Shown in pieces: positions 63,978-64,000 of a stretch of 64,000 bases of DNA (the stretch's first letter is position 1; every line of letters starts with the position of its first letter). The notes under the pieces were generated by a model. It was not told the origin of the DNA and made no database searches. It worked only from the letters and a program-made list of their open reading frames with translations. Source of the DNA: a virus (taxonomy: Duplodnaviria > Caudoviricetes); IMG/VR virus record IMGVR_UViG_3300042397_003635. One strand, given 5' to 3'. The position numbers and the translations under genes are program-made.

Positions 63978-64000
63978 AGGACTCAATTTTTTTATTCAGC

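Overview
64 kb fragment of a large lytic, AT-rich, T4-like myovirus genome (probably a jumbo/huge phage), read in the standard genetic code. The host is probably Bacteroidota, judged from Gln-after-signal-peptide secreted proteins, a TAnnTTTG-type promoter and A-rich, Shine-Dalgarno-poor leaders. The left third carries T4-like core genes: uvsY, uvsW, the C-terminal half of a split family-B DNA polymerase, primase, gp4-like head completion nuclease, gp2-like protein, portal gp20, gp25-like and gp13-like genes. These are interleaved with many acidic proteins that share an F-x-x-F/Y-(I/L)-x-E motif resembling the T4 capsid-targeting sequence and often sit behind ATAAATA late-promoter boxes. The middle holds an N-domain-less ClpC, a secreted nuclease, thyA, a lysis region, an AdoMetDC-like gene, an IMPDH/GMPR gene, RNA-repair genes and many small accessory genes. 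The right part holds 25 tRNA genes forming a non-redundant set for all 20 amino acids, an ~850 nt GOLLD-like structured ncRNA, a tRNA-like RNA with an oversized anticodon domain, clpP, and a CsgG-like / beta-barrel / lectin-adhesin envelope module. The best new observation is a 32-codon leader ORF upstream of the main tRNA array, with an intrinsic terminator and an overlapping antiterminator. Its 18 amino acids are exactly the 18 specified by the downstream tRNAs, which suggests a pan-tRNA-sensing translational attenuator. All calls are by eye and motif recognition; no searches or folding programs were run.
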